Shown: piece after piece, positions 44,373 to 53,808 of the stretch
Layout: each line of letters starts with the position of its first letter
How positions within the stretch are numbered: position 1 is the first letter of the stretch
DNA from: an uncultured Actinomycetota bacterium
Lineage (GTDB): Bacteria > Actinomycetota > Actinomycetes > JAFAQI01
Length of the DNA stretch: 64,000 bases
NCBI GenBank assembly: GCA_963770565.1
Contig: CAVYQE010000001.1
Location: 1,344,001 to 1,408,000 of the forward strand
Direction of reading: 5' to 3'
The notes under the pieces: generated by a model
What the model saw: only the letters and a program-made list of their open reading frames with translations
Databases searched by the model: none
What the model was told of the DNA's origin: nothing
Made by a program: the position numbers and the translations under genes

Positions 44373-47300
44373 GTGCACCTCTCGAGCCTGACCCTGAGAG
44401 GGTTCAAGTCGTTTGCGTCGTCGACGACGCTGCGCTTCGAGCCCGGCATCACCGTCGTCGTCGGACCCAACGGTTCGGGCAAGTCCAACGTCGTCGACGC
44501 GATCGCCTGGGTGCTCGGCGAGCAGGGGGCGAAGTCGCTGCGCGGCGGCAAGATGGAAGACGTCATCTTCGCCGGCACCGCCGGGCGTCCCGCGCTCGGC
44601 CGGGCCGAGGTCGTGCTGACGATCGACAACAGCGACGGCGCGCTGCCGATCGACTTCAGCGAAGTGACGATCTCGCGGACGATGTTCCGCAACGGCGGGT
44701 CGGACTATGCGATCAACGGCAGCCCGTGCCGGCTGCTCGATGTCCAGGAGCTGCTGTCGGACTCCGGGATCGGCCGGGAGATGCACGTGATCGTCGGGCA
44801 GGGCCAGCTCGACGCGATCCTGCATGCCGCGCCCGAGGATCGCCGCGCCTTCATCGAAGAGGCGGCCGGGGTGCTCAAGCACCGCAAGCGCAAGGAAAAG
44901 GCGCTCCGCAAGCTCGAGGCGATGCAAGTCAACCTCAACCGGCTGCAGGACCTGACCAACGAGTTGCGCCGCCAGCTCAAGCCGCTCGGCCGCCAGGCCG
45001 AGGTCGCCCGCCGCGCAAGCGCGATCCAGGCCGAGCTACGTGACTCGCGGTTGCGGTTGTTCGCCGACGATCTGTCCCAGCTGCAGACGACGCTGAACGC
45101 CGAGGTCGCCGACGAGACCGCCCTGCTCGAGCGGCGGGCCAAGGTCGAGGCCGACGTCGCGGCCGCGGCTGCCCGCGAGAGCGAGCTGGAGGCGGCACTC
45201 GCCGCCCAGACGCCACGGTTGGCCCGGGCCCAGGAGACCTGGTACCGGCTGGCCGGCCTGCGCGAGCGGTTGCGGGGGACCGCGTCGCTTGCCGCCGAGC
45301 GGCAGCGCCACGTCACGATTGCGGTCGACCTCGACGTCGCCGGCCGCGACCCGGAGGCCTGGCGCGCCGAGGTCGACGCGATCCGGGTGGACGAGGCCGC
45401 GGTTGCCCGTGCGCTGGTCGAGGATCGGGCCCGGCTCGACGCGGCGGAGGCCGAGCGGGTCGGGCTCGAGGCGCAGCTCGCCGAGGCCGAGGCGGCACTG
45501 CGCGCCGCGCATCAGGCCCGCTCGGACCGACGTGAGGGCCGAGTGCGGCTCCAGGGCGAGGTCAACGCCCTGCGCACCCGGGCCGCAGCCGCCGGCGAGG
45601 AGATCGGCCGACTCACGGCGGCCTGGGAGGCGGCCAAGGCTCGCTCCGCCGCCGCTCAGGCCCAGTTCGCGGCGCTCGAGACCGAGGTGGCCGGGCTCGA
45701 CTCCGGCGAAGTCGACCTCGATGCGGTGTACGAAGCGGCCGCCGCGACCCTCGCGGCGGCCGAGGAGAACGTCACGGCACTGCAGACCGAGGAGCACGAG
45801 GTCGAGCGGCAGCGCAGCGCCGCCGCCGCCCGGCGCGATGCACTAGCGATCGGCCTGAACCGCAAGGACGGCTCGGCCGCGCTGATCGCCGCGCGGCACT
45901 CACTGCCAGGCGTGCTCGGCACGGTCGCCGACGTGGTGACGGTCGACGCCGGCTACGAGACCGCGGTGGCCGCCGCGCTCGGCGTGGCCGCGGACGCGGT
46001 CGCCGTCCGCTCGCTCGCCGATGCGGCCGAGGCGATCGCCCTGCTCAAGCGCGACGACGCCGGCCGGGCCGGGCTGCTCGTCGGCGGGCCGGCCGACCCC
46101 ACCGACACCGCGCCGCTATTGCCGGCCGGAGCCCGTTACGCGATTGATGTCGTGAGCGCGCCGGAACTGTTGCGGCCGGCCCTTCGACAGCTGCTCGACC
46201 GCACCGCGCTAGTCGCCGATGTCGCGGCCGCGCAACGGCTGGTCGCGGCCTTGCCGGCGGTCCGCGCGGTTACGTCGGACGGCGACATCATCGGCGTCGG
46301 CTGGTCCGCGGGCGGGTCGGCCGCAGTGCCGTCGCTGCTGGAGGTCCGGGCCGCACACAGCGAAGCCGCGCAGCTGGTCGCCACCCTGGGTCATCGAGCC
46401 GAGCGGCTTCGCTTCGCGCTCTCGGCCGCCACCGAGGCCGCGGCAGCCGCGCAGGACGAGGTGGACACCGCGCTCGCGGAGCTGCACGAGTCCGACGCCC
46501 GGCTGGCCGGCGTGGCCGAGCGACTCGGCCAGCTCGGCGCAGCGGCTCGCGCCGCCGCCGGCGAGACCGAGCGATACGCCACCGGCCTCCAGGAAGCCTC
46601 AACGGCGCATGACCGTGACCTCGCCGGGTTGGCCGCGCTCGAGGCGAGACTTGTCGCTGCCGAGGCCGCGCCCGACGACGCCGAACCGGACGAGACCGAG
46701 CGCGACCGGGTCGACGCGATGGTGGTCGCTGCCCGGGCCACCGAGGTCGAGGCGCGGCTGGCGGTCCGCACCGGCGAGGAGCGCGCGCATGCGCTGGCGG
46801 CCCGGATCGAACAGATCGAGCAAGCCGCCGCGGCCGAGCGCGAAGCCCGCGAACGGGCCGCCGCACTGGCCCGGCGACGAGCCCGGGAAGCCGTCGTCGC
46901 GGCCGCGATCGCGACGGTGACCGAACAGGCACTGGCGGCAATCGACCGTTCGCTGGCCGCCGCGGCGGCCGAACGGACCGCGACCGAAGAGCAGCGGATG
47001 GTGACCGAGGGCGAGCTGCTCGCGATCCGCGCGACCGCGCGCGAGCTCGCCGGCGAGCTCGAGGTGCTGACCGGTGCGGTACACCGCGACGAGGTCGCCC
47101 GGGCCGAGCAACGACTGCGGATCGAGTCGCTCGAGACCAAGGTGGCGGAGGACTTCGGGATCGAGCCCGAGACGCTGCTGGCGGAGTACGGACCCGAGGT
47201 GCTCGTGCCGCCCGCGCCCGACGCCCCCGAGGGCACCGAACCGACGGCGTACGACCGGGGCGAGCAAGAGAAGCGCTGGCGGGCGGCCGAACGTGCCCTG

Positions 47301-47921
47301 GCGCTGCTCGGCAAGGTCAACCCGTTGGCGCTGGAGGAGTTCGCGGCGCTGGAGGACCGGCACAAGTTCCTGTCGGACCAGCTCGAGGACCTCAAGGCCT
47401 CCCGCCGCGACCTGCTCGTGGTGATCAAGGAGGTCGACGACCGGGTCGAGCAGATCTTCCGGTCGGCCTACGAAGACGTCGCCCGCGAGTTCGAGATCGT
47501 CTTCGCCGCCCTTTTCCCCGGCGGCGCCGGACGGCTGGTGCTCACCGATCCCGACGACTGGCTCACGACCGGGGTCGAGGTCGAGGCGCGCCCGCCCGGC
47601 AAGAAGGTCAAGCGACTCTCGCTGCTGTCCGGCGGCGAGCGGTCGCTGACCGCGATCGCGTTGCTGGTCGCGATCTTCCGGGCCCGGCCGTCGCCCTTCT
47701 ACGTGCTCGACGAGGTCGAGGCCGCGCTCGACGACCGCAATCTCTCCCGCCTGGTCGACCTGCTCGCAGAGCTGAAGTCGGCGTCGCAGCTGATCGTGAT
47801 CACGCACCAGAAGCGCACGATGGAGGTCGCCGACACCCTGTACGGCGTCTCGATGCGGGGTGACGGGATCACCGAAGTGATCAGCCAGCGGTTGCGCGAG
47901 CCGGAGCCAGAGCCGGTCTGA
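44373..47921 (+). CDS. smc: Chromosome segregation protein SMC
   Basis: GFKSF, GPNGSGKSN, hinge region, LSGGE, LDEVEAALD, ITH. Confidence 0.98.
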   Translation: MHLSSLTLRGFKSFASSTTLRFEPGITVVVGPNGSGKSNVVDAIAWVLGEQGAKSLRGGKMEDVIFAGTAGRPALGRAEVVLTIDNSDGALPIDFSEVTISRTMFRNGGSDYAINGSPCRLLDVQELLSDSGIGREMHVIVGQGQLDAILHAAPEDRRAFIEEAAGVLKHRKRKEKALRKLEAMQVNLNRLQDLTNELRRQLKPLGRQAEVARRASAIQAELRDSRLRLFADDLSQLQTTLNAEVADETALLERRAKVEADVAAAAARESELEAALAAQTPRLARAQETWYRLAGLRERLRGTASLAAERQRHVTIAVDLDVAGRDPEAWRAEVDAIRVDEAAVARALVEDRARLDAAEAERVGLEAQLAEAEAALRAAHQARSDRREGRVRLQGEVNALRTRAAAAGEEIGRLTAAWEAAKARSAAAQAQFAALETEVAGLDSGEVDLDAVYEAAAATLAAAEENVTALQTEEHEVERQRSAAAARRDALAIGLNRKDGSAALIAARHSLPGVLGTVADVVTVDAGYETAVAAALGVAADAVAVRSLADAAEAIALLKRDDAGRAGLLVGGPADPTDTAPLLPAGARYAIDVVSAPELLRPALRQLLDRTALVADVAAAQRLVAALPAVRAVTSDGDIIGVGWSAGGSAAVPSLLEVRAAHSEAAQLVATLGHRAERLRFALSAATEAAAAAQDEVDTALAELHESDARLAGVAERLGQLGAAARAAAGETERYATGLQEASTAHDRDLAGLAALEARLVAAEAAPDDAEPDETERDRVDAMVVAARATEVEARLAVRTGEERAHALAARIEQIEQAAAAEREARERAAALARRRAREAVVAAAIATVTEQALAAIDRSLAAAAAERTATEEQRMVTEGELLAIRATARELAGELEVLTGAVHRDEVARAEQRLRIESLETKVAEDFGIEPETLLAEYGPEVLVPPAPDAPEGTEPTAYDRGEQEKRWRAAERALALLGKVNPLALEEFAALEDRHKFLSDQLEDLKASRRDLLVVIKEVDDRVEQIFRSAYEDVAREFEIVFAALFPGGAGRLVLTDPDDWLTTGVEVEARPPGKKVKRLSLLSGGERSLTAIALLVAIFRARPSPFYVLDEVEAALDDRNLSRLVDLLAELKSASQLIVITHQKRTMEVADTLYGVSMRGDGITEVISQRLREPEPEPV

Positions 47922-47935
47922 CAGGATCTGGCGTC

Positions 47936-49021
47936 GTGACCTTCGTCATTGTCGCAGTTGCGGTTGCGGCCGTCCTGGTCGTCGGGCTGGCGACGTACTT
48001 CTTCGGGCCCGGGCGCCGGCACCCGCACCACGTCCTGCCGGACTCGACCACGGTGCCGGTCGTCGAACGGGCGCCGGAGCCGGCGGTCGAGACGCCGCCA
48101 CCGTCGGCCGGGCGGATGGTGCGGCTGCGCGACCGGCTCTCGGGCTCGCAGTCAACCCTGGGTCGCGGACTGCTCGAGCTGCTCTCCCGCAACACGATCG
48201 ACGATGCCGTCTGGGACGACGTCGAAGAGATCTTGCTGACGAGCGACGTCGGCGTCGGGGCAACACACGACCTGGTCGACCGGTTGCGGGAGCGGGTCCG
48301 GGTGCTCGGGACCCGCTCGCCGCAGCAGGTGCACGACCTACTCCGCGCCGAGCTGGTCGACACGATCGGGCCCGACGTCGACCGGACGTTGCACACCTTG
48401 CCGCACGATGAGCGGCCAGCCGTCGTACTGGTCGTGGGGGTCAACGGGACCGGCAAGACGACCACCTGCGGCAAGCTGGCCCGGGCGCTGGTCGGTGATG
48501 GCCGCACCGTGTTGCTGGGCGCTGCCGACACGTTCCGGGCGGCGGCCGCGGACCAGCTCGCGACCTGGGGCGAGCGGGTTGGAGCAACCGTGGTCCGCGG
48601 GCCCGAAGGGTCCGACCCGGCGAGTGTCGCCTTCGATGCGGTCGCCGACGGCACCGAGCTCGGCGTCGACACGGTGGTGATCGACACCGCCGGCCGGCTG
48701 CACACCAAGACGCCGTTGATGGACGAGCTGGCCAAGGTCAAACGGGTGGTCGAGCGGCAGCGCCCGGTCGACGAGGTGTTGCTGGTCCTCGACGCCACGA
48801 CCGGCCAGAACGGGCTGATCCAGGCCCGGATGTTCGGGGCCGCGGTCGGCGTGACCGGCGTCGTGCTGACCAAGCTCGACGGCACCGCCAAGGGCGGCAT
48901 CGTCTTCGCCGTGCAGCGCGAGCTCGGCGTACCGGTCAAGCTGGTCGGGCTCGGTGAGGGCCCGGATGACCTCGCGCCGTTCGAGCCCGAGGTGTTCGTC
49001 GCTGCGCTGCTCGACGGTTAA
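47936..49021 (+). CDS. ftsY: SRP receptor FtsY
   Basis: GVNGTGKTT, DTFRAAA, DTAGR, TKLDGTAKGG. Confidence 0.96.
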   Translation: MTFVIVAVAVAAVLVVGLATYFFGPGRRHPHHVLPDSTTVPVVERAPEPAVETPPPSAGRMVRLRDRLSGSQSTLGRGLLELLSRNTIDDAVWDDVEEILLTSDVGVGATHDLVDRLRERVRVLGTRSPQQVHDLLRAELVDTIGPDVDRTLHTLPHDERPAVVLVVGVNGTGKTTTCGKLARALVGDGRTVLLGAADTFRAAAADQLATWGERVGATVVRGPEGSDPASVAFDAVADGTELGVDTVVIDTAGRLHTKTPLMDELAKVKRVVERQRPVDEVLLVLDATTGQNGLIQARMFGAAVGVTGVVLTKLDGTAKGGIVFAVQRELGVPVKLVGLGEGPDDLAPFEPEVFVAALLDG

Positions 49022-49054
49022 CCGGGCCGAAACACGTTGTCACCGCACGGAAAC
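49018..49054 (+). promoter_or_regulatory. Tandem GlnR boxes
   Basis: TTAAC-N6-GAAAC-N5-GTCAC-N6-GAAAC vs GlnR consensus gTnAc-N6-GaAAc repeated. Confidence 0.75.
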
Positions 49055-49107
49055 TGCGATCTGGTTCGCTGATCGGCGACGAGGGGAGCGCAACGACGTG
49101 CGGGTGA

Positions 49108-51420
49108 CTCACGCTCACTGAACACGCGGCGGCGAGCCTGCGCGCGCTGCGCGCCGAGACGCTGGCCCGGCCGGGCCTGGCCGGGCCGGAGCTGCGCGCC
49201 GCGCTGACCTCGGCGGCCGACGAGTGGCTGCGCGACCGGCTCGGCCCGGCCGAGGACGTCGCGCTGGTCGCGGTGGGCGGCTACGGCCGTCGCGAGCCGG
49301 CCGCCGGCAGCGACCTCGACCTGCTGCTCCTGCATCGCGACGGAGTCGATGTCACCGACCTCGCCGACTCGCTGTGGTACCCGATCTGGGATGCCGGCGT
49401 CGGCCTCGACCACTCGGTGCGCACCGTCGACCAGGCGCTCGCCGTCGCACGCACCGACCTCAAGGCCGCCCTCGGCCTGCTCGACGGGCGGCATGTCGCC
49501 GGCGACCCGTCCCTCACCGCGCGGCTGCACGAGTCGATGTACGCCGCCTGGCGGCGCGAGGCCGGCAAGCGACTGCCGGAGCTGGTCACCGCGGTGCGGG
49601 AGCGGGCCGAACGGGTCGGGGAGCTGGCCTTCCTGCTCGAGCCGGACCTCAAGGAAGCCCGCGGCGGCTTACGCGACGTCCACGCGATCAGGGCGATCGC
49701 GGCCGCCTGGGTGGCGGATGCACCGGACGACCGGGTGCTGGCCGCGTACGAGTGGCTGCTCGACGTGCGTGGCGAGCTGCACCGCCGTTCGGCGCGCGGG
49801 AGCGATCGCCTGGTGCAGCAGGAGCAGGGCCCGGTCGCGGCGGCCCTCGGCGTGGTCGACGCCGACGAGCTGATGCGCCGGGTGTTCGATGCCGCGCGGA
49901 CGATCTCGTTCGCCACCGACGAAGCCTGCCGGCGGGTCGCCGCGAGCGTCCGCCCGATCCGGCGGTGGCCGAGGTCCCGCGCGCCGGAGCGGCGCCCGCT
50001 CGCCGACGGAGTGGTCGAACAGGACGGGTGGGTGGCGCTCGCGCGTGACGCCGATCCGGCCGCCGATCCCGGCCTGGTCCTCCGGGTCGCCGCCGCGGCC
50101 GCCCAGGCCGACCTGCCGATCAGCGCCCATACCCTGCAGCGGCTCGCCGGCGAGTCGGCGCCGCTGCCGCACCCGTGGCCCGAGCAGGCCCGGCAGGCCC
50201 TCGTCGCGGTCCTCGGCGCCGGCCGACCGGCCATCGCGGTCTTCGAGGCGCTCGACCAGGCCGGACTGCTGGTGCGGTTGCTGCCGGAGTGGGCGGCAGT
50301 GCGCTGCCGCCCGCAGCACAACCCGGTGCACCGGTTCACCGTTGACCGCCATCTGGTCGAGACGGCGGCGGAGGCCGCCGCCCTGAGCCGCCAGGTGGGC
50401 CGCCCGGACCTGTTGTTGCTCGGTGGGCTGCTGCACGACATCGGCAAGGGCTATCCCGGCGACCACACCGAGGCCGGCGTCGCGATCGTGCCCGGGATCG
50501 CGGCCCGGATCGGCCTGGCGCCGCCGGATGCGGACACGGTGACGGCGCTCGTCCGGCACCATCTCCTCCTGCCGGAGACGGCGACCAATCGCGATCTCAG
50601 GGATCCGGCCACCGTCGAGGCGGTCGTGTCGGCCGTCGGTGACCGGCCGACCCTCGAGCTGTTGCACGCGCTGACGGTCGCCGACGCAGCGGCGACCGGG
50701 CCAGGCGCCTGGGGCGAGTGGAAGGCCGGACTGGTGGTCGAGCTGGTCGAGCGAGCCGGCGCGTCGATGTCGGGTGAGCCGGTCGAGCCGACGCACCCCC
50801 TCGATGCCGGCCAGCTGGCGCTGGCGGCCCGGGGCGAGCTCGCCGTCGAGCTGGTCGGGTCGCGAGTGACGATCGTCGCCCCCGACCGGCCCGGGCTGCT
50901 GTGGCGGTGGGCCGGCGCGCTCGCGCTCCAGCGGCTGGAGATCCGCTCCGCGATCGCGACCACCGCGGGCTCGGTCAACGGCCCGATGGCGGTGACCATC
51001 TGCGAGGTCGCGCCGCGCTTCGGGTCGCTGCCGGAGCAGCACGAGCTTTTCGCTGCGGTGCAACGAGTTTCCGACGACGCGACCGCGCTGGCCGCCCGGC
51101 TCGCCGAACGCGAGCGCACGTACGCCGCGGCCCGGCACGGCGTGGTCGTGCCGCCGCGGGTGCTGTGGGTGGACGCGGCGTCACGGCACGCGACCGTCGT
51201 CGAGGTCCGGGCGCATGACACCGAGGGCCTGCTCTACCGGCTGACCAAGGCGATCAGCGATGCCGGGCTCGATGTGCGCTCCGCGCGGATCCACACCATG
51301 GGTGCCGAAGCCGTCGACACGTTCTACGTCGTCGACGAGCGGGGCGAGCCGCTCCCCGACGACGTACGCCGGGAGCGAATCGAGTACGCACTGCTGGCCG
51401 CGTGCCAGCCGCTCAGCTGA
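49108..51420 (+). CDS. glnD: [Protein-PII] uridylyl/adenylyltransferase (start codon unresolved)
   Basis: VAVGGYGR, SDLDL, KEARGGLRD, H.FTVD.H, LLHDIGKG (HD), ACT domains; frame open from 49108 but first GTG is at 49273. Confidence 0.85.
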   Translation, partial: LTLTEHAAASLRALRAETLARPGLAGPELRAALTSAADEWLRDRLGPAEDVALVAVGGYGRREPAAGSDLDLLLLHRDGVDVTDLADSLWYPIWDAGVGLDHSVRTVDQALAVARTDLKAALGLLDGRHVAGDPSLTARLHESMYAAWRREAGKRLPELVTAVRERAERVGELAFLLEPDLKEARGGLRDVHAIRAIAAAWVADAPDDRVLAAYEWLLDVRGELHRRSARGSDRLVQQEQGPVAAALGVVDADELMRRVFDAARTISFATDEACRRVAASVRPIRRWPRSRAPERRPLADGVVEQDGWVALARDADPAADPGLVLRVAAAAAQADLPISAHTLQRLAGESAPLPHPWPEQARQALVAVLGAGRPAIAVFEALDQAGLLVRLLPEWAAVRCRPQHNPVHRFTVDRHLVETAAEAAALSRQVGRPDLLLLGGLLHDIGKGYPGDHTEAGVAIVPGIAARIGLAPPDADTVTALVRHHLLLPETATNRDLRDPATVEAVVSAVGDRPTLELLHALTVADAAATGPGAWGEWKAGLVVELVERAGASMSGEPVEPTHPLDAGQLALAARGELAVELVGSRVTIVAPDRPGLLWRWAGALALQRLEIRSAIATTAGSVNGPMAVTICEVAPRFGSLPEQHELFAAVQRVSDDATALAARLAERERTYAAARHGVVVPPRVLWVDAASRHATVVEVRAHDTEGLLYRLTKAISDAGLDVRSARIHTMGAEAVDTFYVVDERGEPLPDDVRRERIEYALLAACQPLS

Positions 51421-51937
51421 AGCTGATCGTCAAGCGCGCAGTCGCGACTGAATCGCTCGCACAGAACAGCACGGCGGCGGCCAGGCCCGGGTTGAGTGGG
51501 TCGCATTCGATGCCGCGGTGCCGCAGGCCGGCGGCCAGGTCGGGCGCGTCGACGCCGGTGCCGATCTCGACCAACACCCCACGGTGCCGCGCCGCCATGT
51601 CCGGCGCGAGTGCGGCCCGGACCACCCGCCGGAGCTCGGCGGCTCCGATCGCGACCACGACATCGATCGGCCCGAGCCGCTGCTCGACCTGCGGAGCGAC
51701 CCGCTCCCACACTGCGGGGCTCGACGGATCGGCGGCCAGCCCGAGAACGGTGGCGTCGAGGTACTCGGCCGCCTCGACCGCCTGATCGACCGCGGCCCGG
51801 TCGGCGGAGACGACAGCGATCAGCGCGCCGTTTGCCGCGAGGCCGGCGACCACCTCTCCGAGGCCACGCCCATCACCGGCAACGACGACCGCCTTGCCGG
51901 TCAGGTCGGCGAAGCGCGGGGTCCAACCACTCGTCAC
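51413..51937 (-). CDS. Short, degenerate SDR-like Rossmann-fold protein
   Basis: DLTGKAVVVAGDGRGLG and LGPIDVVV; 174 aa; no YxxxK. Confidence 0.6.
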   Translation of the reverse strand: MTSGWTPRFADLTGKAVVVAGDGRGLGEVVAGLAANGALIAVVSADRAAVDQAVEAAEYLDATVLGLAADPSSPAVWERVAPQVEQRLGPIDVVVAIGAAELRRVVRAALAPDMAARHRGVLVEIGTGVDAPDLAAGLRHRGIECDPLNPGLAAAVLFCASDSVATARLTISFS

Positions 51938-51966
51938 AGGAGGATTGTCCGTCGTACGGTTCTGCG

Positions 51967-53778
51967 ATGAGCGTTCACCCTCGCACCGTCCTCGATGGCT
52001 TCCTGCGTACCGTCCGCCGCCAACCGGACGACGTGGCGATCTACGACCTCGAGGGCTTCGGTGTGGCCAGCCCGCAGCGGCTGACCTGGACCGACTACGC
52101 CGCACAGGTCGCGCAGGTGGCCGGCGGGCTTGCGTCCTTGGGTGTCGGGCCTGGGGACCGGGTCGTGTTGATGATGCCCAACCGGGTGGAGTTCCACGTC
52201 GCCGATCTCGCCGTCACCGCCCTCGGCGCGACGCCGATCTCGATCTACAACTCCTCCTCGCCCGAGCAGATCGCCTACCTGGTCGGCCACAGCAAAGCGT
52301 GCGTGGCGGTGGCCGCCGACGGCAGCTACATCGAGCGGATCCTCGCGGCGGCGGGCGACTGTCCCGGTCTCCGGTCGGTCGTCGTGGTCGGCGACGCGCC
52401 GCAGGGAACGGTCGCGTGGGCCGAGGTGTTCGCGGGAGCGTCGATCGACCTCGACCACGCAGAGACGACCCTCGACCCGTCGGATCTGCTGACGGTGATC
52501 TACACGTCGGGCACGACCGGCCCGCCCAAGGGCGTGATGCTCGACCACAAGAACGTGCTGGCCTCCTCGGCCGGGTTCTCCTACTACAGCGGCCGCGACT
52601 TCGACACCGGGTTGCGGTTGGTGTCGTACCTGCCGATGGCGCACATCGCCGAGCGGATGGTCAGCCATTACAACCACATGCTGCGCGGGTCGGAGGTCGT
52701 GCCGTGCGCGGACATGACTCAGCTGATGTCCTACCTGCCCGCGGTACGGCCCTCCGCGTTGTTCGGGCCGCCGCGGGTGTGGGAGAAGCTCGTCGCCGGC
52801 ATCGAGGCCAAGGTCGCGGCGCGCGGACCCGAGGCAGCGGCCGGCTTCGCCGACGCGATGCGGGTGGGCCGCCAGGTCCAGGAGCTCCGGGCCAGGGGCG
52901 AGGAACCGGCCGGCGAGCTCGCCGAAACGTGGAAGTTCGTCGACGAGGTCGCGTTCGCCCCGATCCGTACGGCGGTCGGCCTTGACCAGTGCGAGTACGT
53001 GTTCAGCGGCGCGGCGCCGATCCCGCCGGAGGTCATCGACTACCTGCGCGACATCGGACTGCCGATGAGCGAGATCTATGGCATGAGCGAGAACTGCGGG
53101 GGCATGACCTGGGAGCCGGTGCTGGTGAAAACGGGCCGGGTCGGCCGGTCCTACCCGGGAAACGAGGTCGTCACCGGACCCGACGGCGAAGTGCTGTGCC
53201 GGGGTCCGATCGTCTTCAGCGGCTATCTCGACGACCCCGACCGGACCGCCGAGGCACTGGATGCCGACGGCTGGCTGCACACCGGCGACATCGGGGAGTT
53301 CGACGACGACGGTTACCTGAAGATCGTCGACCGCAAGAAGGAGCTGATCATCACCGGCGGCGGCAAGAACGTCTCGCCGGCCAACGTCGAAGCCGTTCTG
53401 AAGACCGTGCCGCTGGTCGCGCAGGCAATGGCGGTCGGCGACGCCCGGCCTTACCTGGTCGCGCTGCTCACGCTGGATCCGGACGCCGTGAGCGTCCGCT
53501 ACCCAGGGAGATCGGTCGAGGACGTCGCGACCGACCCTGAGGCCCTCGCGGAGATTGCGCGCGAAGTGGCGGATGCGAGTGGCCGGCTCTCGCGGGTCGA
53601 GCAGCCGCGCCGGGTGCAGGTCCTCGGCGAGGAGTGGCTGCCGGACAGCGACGTGCTGACGCCGACGATGAAGCTCAAGCGGCGCGGAGTACTCGGCCGG
53701 TACGGCGAGCAGATCGAGGCGATGTACGCCGGTGGTGGCATCGAGATCAGCGCCGCCGCCGCGCCGGCATCGGTCTGA
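51967..53778 (+). CDS. Long-chain fatty acid--CoA ligase (AMP-binding)
   Basis: YTSGTTGPPKG, YLPMAH, YGMSE, GWLHTGD, DRKKE, PTMKLKR. Confidence 0.93.
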   Translation: MSVHPRTVLDGFLRTVRRQPDDVAIYDLEGFGVASPQRLTWTDYAAQVAQVAGGLASLGVGPGDRVVLMMPNRVEFHVADLAVTALGATPISIYNSSSPEQIAYLVGHSKACVAVAADGSYIERILAAAGDCPGLRSVVVVGDAPQGTVAWAEVFAGASIDLDHAETTLDPSDLLTVIYTSGTTGPPKGVMLDHKNVLASSAGFSYYSGRDFDTGLRLVSYLPMAHIAERMVSHYNHMLRGSEVVPCADMTQLMSYLPAVRPSALFGPPRVWEKLVAGIEAKVAARGPEAAAGFADAMRVGRQVQELRARGEEPAGELAETWKFVDEVAFAPIRTAVGLDQCEYVFSGAAPIPPEVIDYLRDIGLPMSEIYGMSENCGGMTWEPVLVKTGRVGRSYPGNEVVTGPDGEVLCRGPIVFSGYLDDPDRTAEALDADGWLHTGDIGEFDDDGYLKIVDRKKELIITGGGKNVSPANVEAVLKTVPLVAQAMAVGDARPYLVALLTLDPDAVSVRYPGRSVEDVATDPEALAEIAREVADASGRLSRVEQPRRVQVLGEEWLPDSDVLTPTMKLKRRGVLGRYGEQIEAMYAGGGIEISAAAAPASV

Positions 53779-53808
53779 GACCGAGCGTGCCGACGTAGCC
53801 TTGCCCTG

